Shown here: positions 13,676 to 26,675 of the stretch, piece after piece
Layout of the letters: every line of letters begins with the position of its first letter
How positions within the stretch are numbered: position 1 is the first letter of the stretch
Notes under the pieces: generated by a model
Database searches by the model: none
Told to the model about the DNA's origin: nothing
The model's input: only the letters and a program-made list of their open reading frames with translations
Assembly (NCBI GenBank): GCA_003427395.1
Contig: BFEA01000036.1
Coordinates: 3,344,640 to 3,408,147, forward strand
Length of the DNA stretch: 63,508 nucleotides
Direction: 5' to 3'
DNA from: Chara braunii
Taxonomy: Eukaryota > Plantae > Charophyceae
Translations under genes and position numbers: made by a program

Positions 13676-16600
13676 AGTTCCTCTTTTGTGAACCATCGAT
13701 CGTCCTTCGGATCTGTATGATGCCTGAACCGTTCCCGGTACTCTTTCATCTGTTTAGGCAGTCTCCCTCGGCCAGCTGGCTTGGGAACAGGCATGTCTCT
13801 GTGTTCCAAGATATCGTCGACGTCCACGTGACCATCCATGGTTAGGGGCAGCATTGACTCCTTGATGGGAATTGTTGTGTCTCAGCGAAAGGTGCAAGCT
13901 TTGAGTCGTGAAACACAGGGTAAGTGCGTAAGTGACCAGGGATTCGAATTACCTAAGAGGGGCCATCCAATTCACTGCCCACAATATCTAAGACTTCCCA
14001 GGGACCGAAATACTGAAGCATTAGTTTCCTACAGATGCCGAACTCCTATCCCAACTCACTAGCCTTAACCCAGACATGTTCCCCTACCTGATATGTGGAC
14101 CATCGACGATGCTTGTTCTCAAAAGCAATCATTGCTTCCTGAGATTTCTTGATGTGCTCGACAATCTGCTGCAACAGTTTCTCATACTCGACACCAAACT
14201 CTATGGTTCCAGGAGTTGTAGCAGTTCGGTTTTCAGGCAGGAGGAAGTCTAGAGCAGATCTAGGCTTAAACCCCAAATGCAGTTGATTAGGACTGATGTC
14301 GGTGGTGCTATGTACAACATTATTGTACAGACTGGTGATGAGAGACAACTTTTCATCCTAGTCATCCTGGCTGGGCTTAATATAGTGCCTCAGTAGATGC
14401 TGCACCACACGGTTCATCTGTTCAGCCTGCCCTTTGGCTTCGGTATGATTCCCAAAAGTCATTTGAAGTTGGCTGCTCATTTGTTCAGCGGCCTTTTTCC
14501 ACATCTCGTTGGTGAACCAAACATTGTTGTCACTAACAATGGGCTTTGGCAGTCCAAAATCACGCACCCAATTAGCCATGAATAACTTGATGACGTGCTC
14601 AGTCCTGGCAGTCTCAGGCATGGCAATTAGTCTAACGTACTTAGTGAACCTATCAACTATGACGAAGATATGCCTCTTGCCACTCTTGCTGGTCACGAGG
14701 GTATCCATGAAGTCCATGGAAATACTTTGTCCCGGACCGGCAGGAATGGGTAGGGGCTTTAATAACCCAAACGGGGCTTGAGTCTGTGGCTTGTCCCGCT
14801 GACAGACTTGGCAAGTCTGCACATACGTCCTCGCATCGTCAAGCATGTTAGGCCACATATGTCTTCACATCGTCAAGCATGTTAGGCCTCCAGAATCGCT
14901 GCACCAAGTTAGCACTACTTCACCTAAAAAAAAATAAACTACACAAACTCTCTATAGATGGAACAACTAATCTCCTGAACCCTGCCTTCCCAAGAATGAG
15001 CAACCCATCCACCATCACAAACTCATTGGTCGTGGTCTTGTCCTCGGCCTCAAGTTTGCAAATGATGTCCATCGTGACAGGGTCTTCCTTGTAGGCTTCC
15101 ACCAAGGATCGAGTGACATTGTCAGATAAACCAAACTCAATAATCAGTGCACCTAGGTAGTCTGCCCTACGTGACAATGCATCAGCAACCTTGTTGTACT
15201 CTCCCTTCACATAGTCTAACTTGAAGTCATATTGATCAATGACTTCAAGCCAGCGTTTGAGTGCATCGGAGAGAACAGGTTATGTCTTAATCCATTTGAG
15301 TGTCTGATGGTCACTTCTCAATTAGAAGAACCTTCCTAACAGATAGTGCCTCCAGTGGACAAGTGCCTTCCTTATAGAGGGTGTAGAGTTCCCTTTCGCA
15401 GGTGGACTTCGCGAACTTCTTTGATGGCATCTTCTTGCTCGTGTGCTCGATTGGCCTCAACTTCTTCCCTTCCTGTTGAGCCAGCACTGCTCCAATGCCG
15501 TATTGGCTTGTTACAAATGGCCTTTTAGGATTGGGACCATAAGAACCTCATGATGTGTAAGGGCATGCTTTAATCTCTTGAAAGCAGCCCCACATGCGTT
15601 TGTCCATTCCCATGGAGTGTCAAGGACCATTAGATCAATCAAGGGAGATGCAATCGTACTATACTTCCGTACAAAATTGCGATAATAACCAGGGTTGTCG
15701 AGCCCCGGCCTCGGGGCCCCGGCGGGGGTCCAAGGGTCCGAGGGTGGGCACCCCCAACCTCGGCTCCGGACTCCCCAAAAAAAAGAAAAAAAAAAATAGT
15801 GGGGGTGCGCAGCGAGAGCGCGCACCACATGGGCTAAACCCCAACAATGGGTTTTTATACCCCACCCCGGACCCCCCCAAGGGCCACACCCACCACTCGT
15901 GGGACCGGGGTAGCTGCTGGTGCGGGACCAACAGCCGGCGGGGGCGGGGTTGNNNNNNNNNNNNNNNNNNNNNNNNNNNNNNNNNNNNNNNNNNNNNNNN
16001 NNNNNNNNNNNNNNNNNNNNNNNNNNNNNNNNNNNNNNNNNNNNNNNNNNNNNNNNNNNNNNNNNNNNNNNNNNNNNNNNNNNNNNNNNNNNNNNNNNNN
16101 NNNNNNNNNNNNNNNNNNNNNNNNNNNNNNNNNNNNNNNNNNNNNNNNNNNNNNNNNNNNNNNNNNNNNNNNNNNNNNNNNNNNNNNNNNNNNNNNNNNN
16201 NNNNNNNNNNNNNNNNNNNNNNNNNNNNNNNNNNNNNNNNNNNNNNNNNNNNNNNNNNNNNNNNNNNNNNNNNNNNNNNNNNNNNNNNNNNNNNNNNNNN
16301 NNNNNNNNNNNNNNNNNNNNNNNNNNNNNNNNNNNNNNNNNNNNNNNNNNNNNNNNNNNNNNNNNNNNNNNNNNNNNNNNNNNNNNNNNNNNNNNNNNNN
16401 NNNNNNNNNNNNNNNNNNNNNNNNNNNNNNNNNNNNNNNNNNNNNNNNNNNNNNNNNNNNNNNNNNNNNNNNNNNNNNNNNNNNNNNNNNNNNNNNNNNN
16501 NNNNNNNNNNNNNNNNNNNNNNNNNNNNNNNNNNNNNNNNNNNNNNNNNNNNNNNNNNNNNNNNNNNNNNNNNNNNNNNNNNNNNNNNNNNNNNNNNNNN

Positions 16601-18290
16601 NNNNNNNNNNNNNNNNNNNNNNNNNNNNNNNNNNNNNNNNNNNNNNNNNNNNNNNNNNNNNNNNNNNNNNNNNNNNNNNNNNNNNNNNNGGGGTTGGGGT
16701 AGGGGTGGGGGTGTTTTGGCGGGGGCGGGGGTAAGGTAGCCCCGCGGCAGGGGTCCGGGGGTGAAACCCCTACCCCGGCTTGGGCCTCGGGGATCCCTGC
16801 GTGACCACCCTGATAATAACCACACATCCCCAAGAACGATCTGACCTCAGTCACAGACTGGGGTGGTGGCTAGTCTCTAATGCTAGCCACCTTCGCATCT
16901 TAAGGCCTCATCCCTTCCGCGGATGCTTCATGACCCACGTACAAGATTTTAGTGCGACCAAACTCGCATTTCTCTGAGTTTATCTTATACTTGTGTTGCC
17001 GGAGGAGAGAGAGTACTTTGTCTACATGTTGAGCATGCTCCTCAGCAGTCCTACCTAAAGATAAGAATGTCGTCGAGGTACACGACTTTAAACTTATCCA
17101 AGTAGTCATGGAAGATCATATTCATGGCGTGTTGGAACGTACCCGGCACATTGCAAAGTCCGAAGGGCATCACCACAAACTAGTCCGTACCTGGTATGAA
17201 ATGCGGTTTTGTGCTGGTCTTCTGGTCTAATGGCGATCTGATGGTAGTCGGATTTCAAGTCAATCTTCGTAAAATACTTACATCCCTACACCCTATCCAA
17301 TAGGTCGTCGATGCACGGTAGGGGCTCTGCGTTCTTAACGGTGATGGCATTGAGGCCCCTATAATTAATGCACATCCTTAGTGATCCCCCCTTCCCCCTT
17401 CTTCGGGACGAATAGAACTGGTGATCTGAAGGGGGAGATGCTAGGTCCTATCCAACCCTTTCTGTGAGCTCTTTCGGTTGCCGCTGGAGCTCGTCCAACG
17501 GCCGGAGCCATCCTATAGATTCTCCTTTTGGGTATCTTTCTCCAGGGATGATCTCTATGGCATGGACAACCTCCCCGTCTACAACACCTGTGGGCTCCTC
17601 AAACGGATCAGGGTACTTAGCAACGGCATTTTCTATCTTCAGGGGTGATTTAACGGCCTCCTCTTTCTCAGAGACAAAAAATAGGTACATACGTTCCTCT
17701 TGGTTCTATTTATAATATTTGTAGAAGGGTGATGCGCACAAGCATCCGTAGGAGTCAATTAACCTACTAGCCTTATACTTAGCTAGTCTAACGGTCCTCC
17801 CATTAGGCAACTCATGCTTTAGCACTTTCTTGTCCCAGTCAAACTGGGGCTTGGCAACCTCAAGGTAGTACATACCTAACAACATGTCAAAAGGTAAGTC
17901 ATCCCTATCCAGGGACGAAATCTTGTGATCAAGTTCCCCTCCCGCATAGGAGAAAGTGCAGACCACGTCCTTGACGTAGTCCTCCACCAATATGCGCTCG
18001 TTGTTGGCCAAAGTAGATGCTACCGGTCTACTCAGGCGTTGCACCCGGTCTTGTAGGCGCAACTTATAAAGTTCCGCGTGCAGCCGATGTCTACAAAGGC
18101 ACTGCACTTGCGGCCACCTACACCAACTTCCACAACGAAGTGCTCCCCTCTAGGACCTCGACTTAATGCCCCCAGGACTCAAGGGTCCCTTGCCAACCAC
18201 TCACTTTGTAGGTCCTCTAAGGCCTCAAATTGACTTGTCGTGAGGGCACGGGTGCGCAGCCCGTAGTTCGTTTGTTGATGTGGTTCGGGA
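13676..18290 (-). pseudogene. pol: Element B pol (protease, RT, RNase H, integrase, start of chromodomain), frameshifted
   Basis: FVDIGCTRNFI protease motif (~18070-18105), RT fragments 16850-17450, TEVRSFLGMCGYY|RNFV, KGEYNKVADALSRR, CQVCQRDK, ISMDFMDTL..IFVIVDRFTKY integrase core, GQAEQMNR, and chromodomain ILEHR...RWFTKEE. Confidence 0.92.
15690..16812. mobile_element. hAT-type non-autonomous DNA element inserted in element B pol (interior mostly N-gap)
   Basis: TIRs CAGGGTTGTC / GACCACCCTG. 8-bp TSD ATAATAAC at 15682-15689 and 16813-16820. Excision restores GMCGYYRNFV. Confidence 0.8.
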
Positions 18291-18299
18291 AGGGTAAGG

Positions 18300-18498
18300 T
18301 AGTGATTATGTTGTATGTATGTTTTGTTGTGTTCGCTATACACAACTCAAAGAGAGTGTGTGTGGGGTCCCGGTTGGTGCTTTATTCATGATGTTCATGG
18401 GATGTTGGACCCTGTTTCCAGCAGGTGGCGCTCCCCATCAATAGACAGGAGAATGTGTGTGGGTGTGTATGTGAGTGTGAGTGTGTATGTGAGTGTGA

Positions 18499-18557
<59 letters not shown>

Positions 18558-18931
18558 CATGCAGCATGTCAGTGGCGGGGAGGACAAGAGCAGGCGCTGA
18601 CCTCCAAAAAAAAAGTACTAATTGTATTGGAATACAAGAGTTTTTTCTTTTCGAAATCCGAATAGAAAGCGTACCCGTTGTATTCGAATACAACCTGTGC
18701 GATTTCTATTCTAGGTACTCTGCTATTCGATAAAAGTGCACCCACACCGTTTCAATTTCGAAAAAGGCTTAAGTACCACGGCCTCCTCGGCCTCCTACGG
18801 GCAGCTACCGGTCCTACGCGGTCGTGGCCCTTGCAAGGCCCCAAAACCTCAAAATGTCCACCCTCCCGACGACCACTACATTGAAATTTGATTGACGTTG
18901 AAATGTCTCAGGGGGGGAAACGCAAACCCTA
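18300..18931. mobile_element. Unclassified insertion between gag and protease of element B, with GT/AG microsatellites
   Basis: Interrupts pol-like peptide (…CSWDVFAAC / TLPEPHQQTNYG…). Contains a TATTCGAATA palindrome. No TSD found. Confidence 0.4.
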
Positions 18932-19135
18932 ACAGGCTGCGAACACATCCCACGAACAGAGTACCGTTGGGTCAGGATGTGTTTGTGGGGTGACTAAGGA
19001 GTCAATAGTTTTTGCCAACTCTTTAAACGGGGAGGGTACATCACGAGTAGAAGCAGCTACAACTTCTACTGGCCCTATGTGTTTCCCGAGCTGGAACTCG
19101 TAGAAGCCCCACTCTGGGAAGAAGGAGTCCCACCT

Positions 19136-20910
19136 TTAGGCAGTATCTTCAGTGGAATCATTCTTGCACTTAAACTGTTGATGGCCATACTCGCCGCAGT
19201 TAATGCAAGCACCCCGTGTATAACGGTCCCGCCACACATCTTGATCCACACCCGCTTTAACCCAAGCAGCTATCTTGTTTGGGTTCTGGGTTTTCCCCTG
19301 ACTCCTTTGTTGACTGCCCTTGTCGCGGCCACCTGCTTTAACTTTTACCAAAGCAGTGAGGTTGCTACCCTCAACACTATCCTCGCAGTCTAACTCTAGA
19401 CAGTCCACAAGGTATGAAAAGTCCTCGATCTCTGTTTGAGTACCATCGTCCTCAACCGTCATCAATCGGCTTCCCTTCTTCTTCCACTCTTGTGGACTCT
19501 TCTTCTTTCTTCCATTCGTAGGAAGTAGTTGAGCACCTCCTAACGTGGCCTCTAAATCTAGAGCCTTTTTGTTAAAGGTCTCAAAGGTGTGATACTCTAA
19601 CCGAGCCTTGCTGGCTAATAAGTTCTTGATGTTTGCGGGAAGACATCTTAAGAACATGGTCATTAAGACATGTGGATCATAGCGTACCCCAGGGACGACA
19701 ATCAGACGCTCTACGACAGAGGTGAGTTCGCGCACAAACTTGTACTTCTTAGCATCAAGTCGGCGCAAACCATCAGTGGCAATCTGTGTCTGCTGTGGCT
19801 TGCGCCATCGCGCTTCCACCAAATCCATGAAGCTCTCTAGGGTATGGGTCTTAGCCCAATCACTCATGTTCCTGTCGAATCCCTTTGAGGCAACTAATCC
19901 ATTTAGTCAATGATCTCCTGAACCCTCCAGATAGGATGCAACATTTATCACTTCCTCCTCTACCAACGTCCTCTTCACCTCACCCACACTGGCACCATTC
20001 TCAACCAAGTGTTGAGAGCTTCATCTTTCTTATCTCTTGAGAAGGTTGAGGGTGGTTTCAATGGGGTCTTGGGGTACCAAGTTTGTTGCTGTCCCGCTGG
20101 TGGGGCAGGTGGCGGCTGTGGTGTAGCTCCAATCGTTGGACCAGAAGATGAAGAAGCAAAAGCATGTGCTGCTGCTGCTGAAGTACCGCGTGGTGTGGTA
20201 CTAGACTGAGGTGGATACGGGCCTGTCATCGCCGACAATGGCAGCGGTGGCCTGAAACCTGGTATGTGCATGGCGTTCAGGATCTGGTCTAGGGTGTCCT
20301 GGATAGCGTCCATTTTGTTGTTCATGTAAGCGTGCATGGACAGGATGCTCGCCTTGAGAATCTTTGTGGTGTTGTCAAGCGTCGAGTCATCTAATCCCTC
20401 TAACTCAGCTTTATTTGCCTCTCTTCCCGCAAGTCTGACACTTATATTCCTAATCTCATTCTCCCTTTCAGTAGCCTCCTTGAGTTCCTTCTCTAACCTT
20501 AAGTGGATCAACTCCACTTGCTGGAGTTCTATCTGTTCCCTGGTGCGTGGAGGCGGCGAGCTGAACTGCGAGCCTGCCATTTGACTATTACCAGCTCCTA
20601 ACATACTGGAGATGCGCTGCGAGCTGGTCTGCTGACCAGATGAGGTTGCTGCAGATGTTGCTGCAGATGTTGTTGCGGAGGTAGCCATTGCTACTACGCT
20701 AGCTGCTGCGGCGGCTGCTGCTGCTAACGTCCTTTCTTTAACTGGTGTTGCTTCCCTTGCAGTCTCAAGTGTACGGGCCCTTGCTTCGGCCCTTAATCTT
20801 CTTTCTTCTCCGAGTGGCAGGACCTGGAACACTATCGGTACTCTAAGCGTATCACACCTACTTTGCCTTCTGTCATCAGCTGTACCTTCACCACCTTTTG
20901 ATCCACTCAT
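19136..20910 (-). pseudogene. gag: Element B gag (broken), with CCHC zinc knuckle
   Basis: ORFs 19975-20910 and 19136-19867. Retrotransposon gag-like core (PLKPPSTFSRDKKDEALNTWLR) and CINCGEYGHQQFKC. Confidence 0.88.
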
Positions 20911-22319
20911 CGGCTAGGGAGACGTTGTTTGCACTAGTGTTCTCTCTGGAACCTACTGCAACATGCGTCTGACTGATTCTTTTTTTTTTTTCTTTTTTTT
21001 TTTTTTTCAGAACCTCAGGGTTCTGGCTCCTACCATTCTGGGGAGCGACAGTCCGGTTCCTATTCCCCCGGCAAGTCAAAAGGAATACATAAAAGACTCA
21101 CGCACGCTCCTCCCCATTATGGCTGAGAGGCCCGAGCAGGCGACATTGATTACTTCCCTGAGGAAGGATGTAACACCTCTCACCCCTGCCTAGTCTGTGT
21201 ATTTCCCGTTCGGCCGAAGGACCCCTGAACAGCATTGATTGCTCCACCGCAGTGGAGGATTGACTGTCAGTTTGCCTTATCCCTCTCTCTCCTCTCAGAC
21301 CTGTTGTCCCGATCTGCTAGATGACATCATTATTCCTAGAGAGAGACCTGCTTACCTGCCTGGTCCACTCCTTCTCCTTCTTCCTGCCCCCTCATCTTAA
21401 CTGCATTTGGCCCTAATCTTTGAACTCCCGGTCTGCTCTCCTGCTCCTTTTGGCCGTAGGGCTCTTGACGAGTGCCAATTGCTCCCTGTATGCGTGGGTA
21501 ATAACTGTCCGTTTGCCCTGTCCCCCTCTCGCATCTTGGATCCCGAACCGAGGTCCGCCATATATCAATCTTACAAGTAGTATGAGCCTTTCTACTGACC
21601 TTCTCATGCTAAGTTCTTCCCTCCCCTCCTTCCTGCCCCCTTATGATAACCGTAGAGAGGTTTTGACCTCTGCCTTCCGCCTGCAGTCCTGACCTTCGGC
21701 CATCGGTCCTTTGAGTATAGAGGCCAGCCAAGCTAGCCATTTCTCCCCATTCCTGTGACCATGGCCTTGTGAAACGAGCCCACTCGGAACCTCTCTTTTT
21801 ATTACTGGTTTAAGAAAAAACCCTTGAAGCCCTAAACCCTCAACCCTCTCTACGAAGGTTCTGCATCGAATTTCTCCAGGTCTTCTTCCTCTTCCGGCTC
21901 ACGTAGCTTTCGATGCATCGAATTACCCTGGTGCCTGCGCTGCTTGGAGAGTTTACCTTTTCCCCCCTGTGCCAACAGTTTAAGTCAAGGTTGCCTCCTC
22001 CAGCGTTGGGTGTTGGCGAGAGCCCCTTTCCGGGATTTGAGTTGCGTCAGTCTTTCCCGCACACCCGATCTTCCTGGAAATTCAGTAGTCTTGCCGTTGA
22101 GCGACCAACTCATCCTAATCTTCGCTTGTCCTACTTCCGTTGTTGTTCATCTTCGGGCCAATCTTGCAGACCAGATCCTTTCCGCCTTCCGAGTCTGATC
22201 GGGGGTGTTAGTCAGGAGGAGCAGTTGAGAGGGTTGGGTGCTTGGTGAATGTGCGTGAACCTCCTTAACTTGTCAATCCCAGCTCTGGAACTGTAGGTTT
22301 CCTTTCTCTATCTTTACCA

Positions 22320-25300
22320 TTATGTTCTCATAGAACCAGATTTCCTCAAACCTCTTCTGTCTTGATTCGCGTTTTTTTCTGGATGTGTTAGCCTCTGTTG
22401 TTCTTTTTGTTCTTTCACCCAACGTGCTCTAATTTCCGTTTGTATCGTGGATTTTACTTGTGCCCATCTTTCCTCCATGCTTGGGAATTGGTTGTCCAGA
22501 GTGCCTTTGCATCTTGCTTTCCATATTACCCAAAGGGTCGATCTCCTCCACAGCTCGGCCAAGGGGATTTTCTCTTCTTCCAGGTCAGTGTCCTCAGTTC
22601 TTCCCGCCAGTAGGTAATTTGTTCCTGAAGGGAAAGTACGGCCTGTCACCTTATTCCATCCCTTTTTGGTTTTGTCCCATAGTTCCTGGGCTCGTTGACA
22701 GAGTAAGAAACAATGTATCAAGGATTCTTCGCTACCTTCATTGCACACTCTACACCATGCTGCTTGAGGTTNGATCTCCTCTTGTCGTCTTCTTTTATTG
22801 AGCCATTGGTTGACNGGCACCGCCCAGTAAATTATGAGNCATTGCAGGCTACTGATTCTTGCCGGCCTTATAGTGGCAAACNTGGACCAGGGTATTCTAC
22901 CTGTCCAGCCTNNGTTTTCTCCTGNNTTTTTCTTCCATCTATCATTAATTACTGGTGAAGGGTCCTTGGTGGTATTCAATAGCCTGTATCCCGCACTTAC
23001 CTCATAATTGCACAGAGGGGTAAGTTTTTTGACCCTTCCCCTTCTGTCCGGGACGTACCATCCCCATTCAGCTGGGTCTACTTCCAGTTCTTCAATACCT
23101 AGTTCGGGTCTATAGATCCATACCTTCCTCTGCTCCTGTTCAGGCTGTGGATTTCCTTTATGATAGTTTTTGGGCGTGCAAGCTCTAACTTTTTTTAGGT
23201 TCGTGAGTTCCATTATTAACCTTTGCTCTAATATTTTCCCTGGATTTACCCAGGTCTGTTAGTTCCCAAGATTCGAACTCTGCCTTCCCTTCCCCTACTT
23301 CCAGCATTTTGGTCAGCTTGTATCCCTCGTGCGGTATACTTGTAGCTCTCCTTGTGGCCCATTCTCCTGTGCACCATTTGGTTCCGGATTTCAGCAATAG
23401 CTCCCATTTCAGCGGGATGCTGTCGAGCAAACTTTCTAGTTGGTTTCTCAGGTTGTGTATTCCTTTGAGTTTGGTTCTCAACTCTTGTGCATTGAACCAT
23501 CTGTTCTCTTCTACATTCCACAGATGCTCTACTTTCGATACTCTTTTACCCACCCATTTTCTCCACTATCTGCCCTTAGAGTTCAATGGCCAAAAATTGT
23601 TATTTTGGTCTCTCAATAGAGGATTACCAAATAGAGGTTGTCTCAACACCTTTTCTCTGATTTGTGGAGATCTATTTTTTTGCGGGAAAACGCCTCTCCA
23701 GTGTTTGATCAGAGTGGCGCAGTGCTCGCTGGGCGGGTCTTTATCCGCCAACTGTTTTTTTCCTTCCTTTCTTGCAGGGGTCCATGCTGGGTTGAGTAAC
23801 CAATGGTATCCTTCTATGTTGGGGTCCACTTTGAAAGGAACAAGGTTGCGGATCTGGTGCAACGCCATGTTGTGCCATGGGAGCTCCCTGTTGAAGATAC
23901 CTTTGATTATCCACTTTATTTGCAGTGCTTGGAATTGGGACGCTGGGTTCAATAGGCCTAGGCCCCCTTGGGCTTTTGGCCCCGTTACGTATTTCCATGC
24001 TACTTTGGTGATGTACTTGTCCTTATCCGCTTTGCCTGTCCATAGATACGCTCCGATATTCCTTTTGAGGTTGGTAAAGAAGGCTGGAGATGGGTTCCAT
24101 AGAGATGCTGTGTACCATCCCATTGATAAGATTGAGGCGTTGAGCACTAAAGCTCTTCCCATGAGAGACACGTGAGCTGTTTGCCATCCCATCATTTTGT
24201 TGGACATCTTGACCAGAAGGCTGGTGCCTGAGGCTTCATTAACACCCCTCTCCGAAACTTGGATGCCCAAAACACGTACCGGACTCTGGGCGTCCAGCCA
24301 TTGTAGACCCCGGGTTTCTTGGGTTTGTTGCGGAGGGTCTGATGGGGAAAGCCACCAACCCACTGTTTTGTTCCAGTTTATCTTCATTTCTAAGGCTAGC
24401 TGGAAAGCCTGCATTACTTTAGTAAGCGCGAGAAAGGACGAATCTGATGCCCTCATCAAAACAATTAAATCGTCGGCAAAGAGCATTACTGTGGGGATAT
24501 TTATCGATCTTCCATCATGGTTGGCTGAAAGTCTTTCTATTGAGGGGTCTTTTCGTAAGAACGCTGCAATTGCTTCCATCACGAACAGGAAAATTGGAGC
24601 TGCCAGCGGATCTCCTTGCCTGACGGATCTCGTCATTCTGTATTTTTCTGACAAGTGCCCATTGACCTGAACCATCCCTCTTGCATCCCCGTAAAGCACC
24701 CTTATCCATTTCTTGAAGATCGGCCCAACTCCCATTTTTTCCATACTTAGTTGTAGGAAGTCCCAATTGACCTGGTCATAGGCCTTTTCGAAGTCGAAGA
24801 ATAAGATGGTCGCTTGCACTTTTTTGTCCTTAATTATTTTGGTGGCTTCGTTCACGTTATCTAGGATGTATCTTCCCGGGATGAAACCTGTTTGATCTAA
24901 GTGAAAACATTTGTCCGTAACGTTGCGTATTCTATTGGCCAGTGTTTTTGCCAGTATTTTATAAATTACTGGTAGGAGGGTTATCGGCCTGTAGTTCCTT
25001 ATGTCCTCTCTTTCTCCTTTCTTATAAAGCAGAGTTACAACCCCAGTACTGACCTCTTCTCCCAGGGATGCTATCTCAAAAAGCCTTTTGGAAGAAGGCT
25101 GCAACCTTCTCGCCCATAATGTGTCAGTTGGCCTGCCAAAACTCCTTTGGCAGACCATCCAGTCCGGGGGTTTTGTTCAGCTGCATGCTCCTGAGGGCTT
25201 CATAGAGTTCCGTTTTGGTTATTTCTTTATCTAGGTAGTCCATTGCCTCTTGCTTGAGGCTTTTATCCAAATGTTTCAGGAATTTTTCTCTAGCTCTCTG

Positions 25301-26675
25301 AATGTTACTGTTTTCCCCTGGGCCGGTTTTAGATGTGTACAGATCTTGATAGAAGTCTGCTGCTACCTTTAGCATGGGTTCCTATGCCGTTTGTATTGTT
25401 CCTGTAGAGTCTCTTAGCCCGAGAATCCTATTGTTCCTACGGTTTGCCTTGATCCTCTGGAAAAAATATTTCGTCATAGTTTCATTGCTTTCCCAGTCCC
25501 TTACCCTTGCTCTAATGGCCAAGCCTTGCCTCCTCCAATCTGCCCAATGTCTGAGTTTGTCCTAGCCTCGTCCAACAGCTGTTCATAGAGTGTGTCCCCT
25601 TGGTTGGCTATGAGGTTAAATTTGGCTAGTTCTACTATTGCCTCCAGACTTTCTTGTCTTGCCTTCCTCCTTCTAGCTTCGTTCCTCGAGAAGCAGTTTG
25701 CCCAGTCACTTAGGGATCTAGTCGCTGCCGAAAGATCAGTCCAGATTTCACCTTCTTGGAAGCCTTGCGTTAGCTCCTTCCATTTATTTTGGATGCCCTG
25801 TTTGAAGGTCTCTGTGCTGAGTAAGGAAGTATTTAATTTGAAAAAACTCCTTCCTGGGGTGTTATCCAGGGTTAATTCTAACGAAATGGTTATTGGGTTA
25901 TGGTCGAAGCCTGTGTAGTGGGGTAGTCTTCCTATTGTGCAGTCTATTACCGCTCCTAACGACTCTGAAATGAGGAAGAAATCTATTCTTGAGAACGAAG
26001 TTCTACCTTGGGTAGTCTTTTTAATACAGGTGTAATCCTTTTTGTCCGGGTAAAGCATTCTATAAGGGTCCTTAAGACTATTTTCTAGCGTAAGTTGTGC
26101 CAGGGATGCTGAGGCTGGGTCTTGAGAGCTTTCTTCCGCCCAGGATATTCTGTCTAATTGTGGGTTTTGGATTGTATTCCAATCCCCTACTATGATTGTG
26201 TATATTTGTTGCTGGGTAAGGCCCTTGACCTCTTCCAAAATTCTACTTTTTCCGCTGGGGAGTTCGGGGCGTATATGTTTATGATTGCTATCTCTTCACC
26301 CCTACACGACAATTCTATTTTGGCCCACCTTCCTTTTGCCTGGTCTACTGTTGCTGAGTTGACGCGTAAGAATTGCGCTGCCTCTGAATTACTATGAGTG
26401 AGGATGAGTACCCCTGTTGATGCCTGTTGGGGGCTGTACGCAACCACTTCCGTCGTACAATTCCTTAATCTTCTGACAAACTCGTTTTTTATTGTCTTGT
26501 GCTGTTCCGAATTGGTGAGGTGAGTTTCTTGTATGCATAGCACGTCCGGGGGGTTGTTACTGTTCCAACCCATAGTGTTGAGAAGGCAATGCCATTTTTC
26601 TAGATTAGAAAAGATGGTTGCCAAACCTCTGACATTCCAAGATTGGATTTTCAGGTCCCCCTTTCTGTCCTTCAT
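22320..26675 (-). pseudogene. LINE ORF2: APE endonuclease, RT, C-terminal zinc-binding domain; several frameshifts
   Basis: IQSWNVRGL, LCIQETH, INIYAPN, IVGDWN, SRIDFFL, DHNPI, KTPGLDGLPKEF, NYRPITLL, FDFEKAYD, VRQGDPLA, LFADD, WCRVC..EESLIHCFLLC. Confidence 0.95.

Noticed and set aside
15511-16854. Long ORFs spanning N-gaps (also 1799-2361, 29745-30312, 52291-53125)
   Set aside because: Length comes from N runs and microsatellites.
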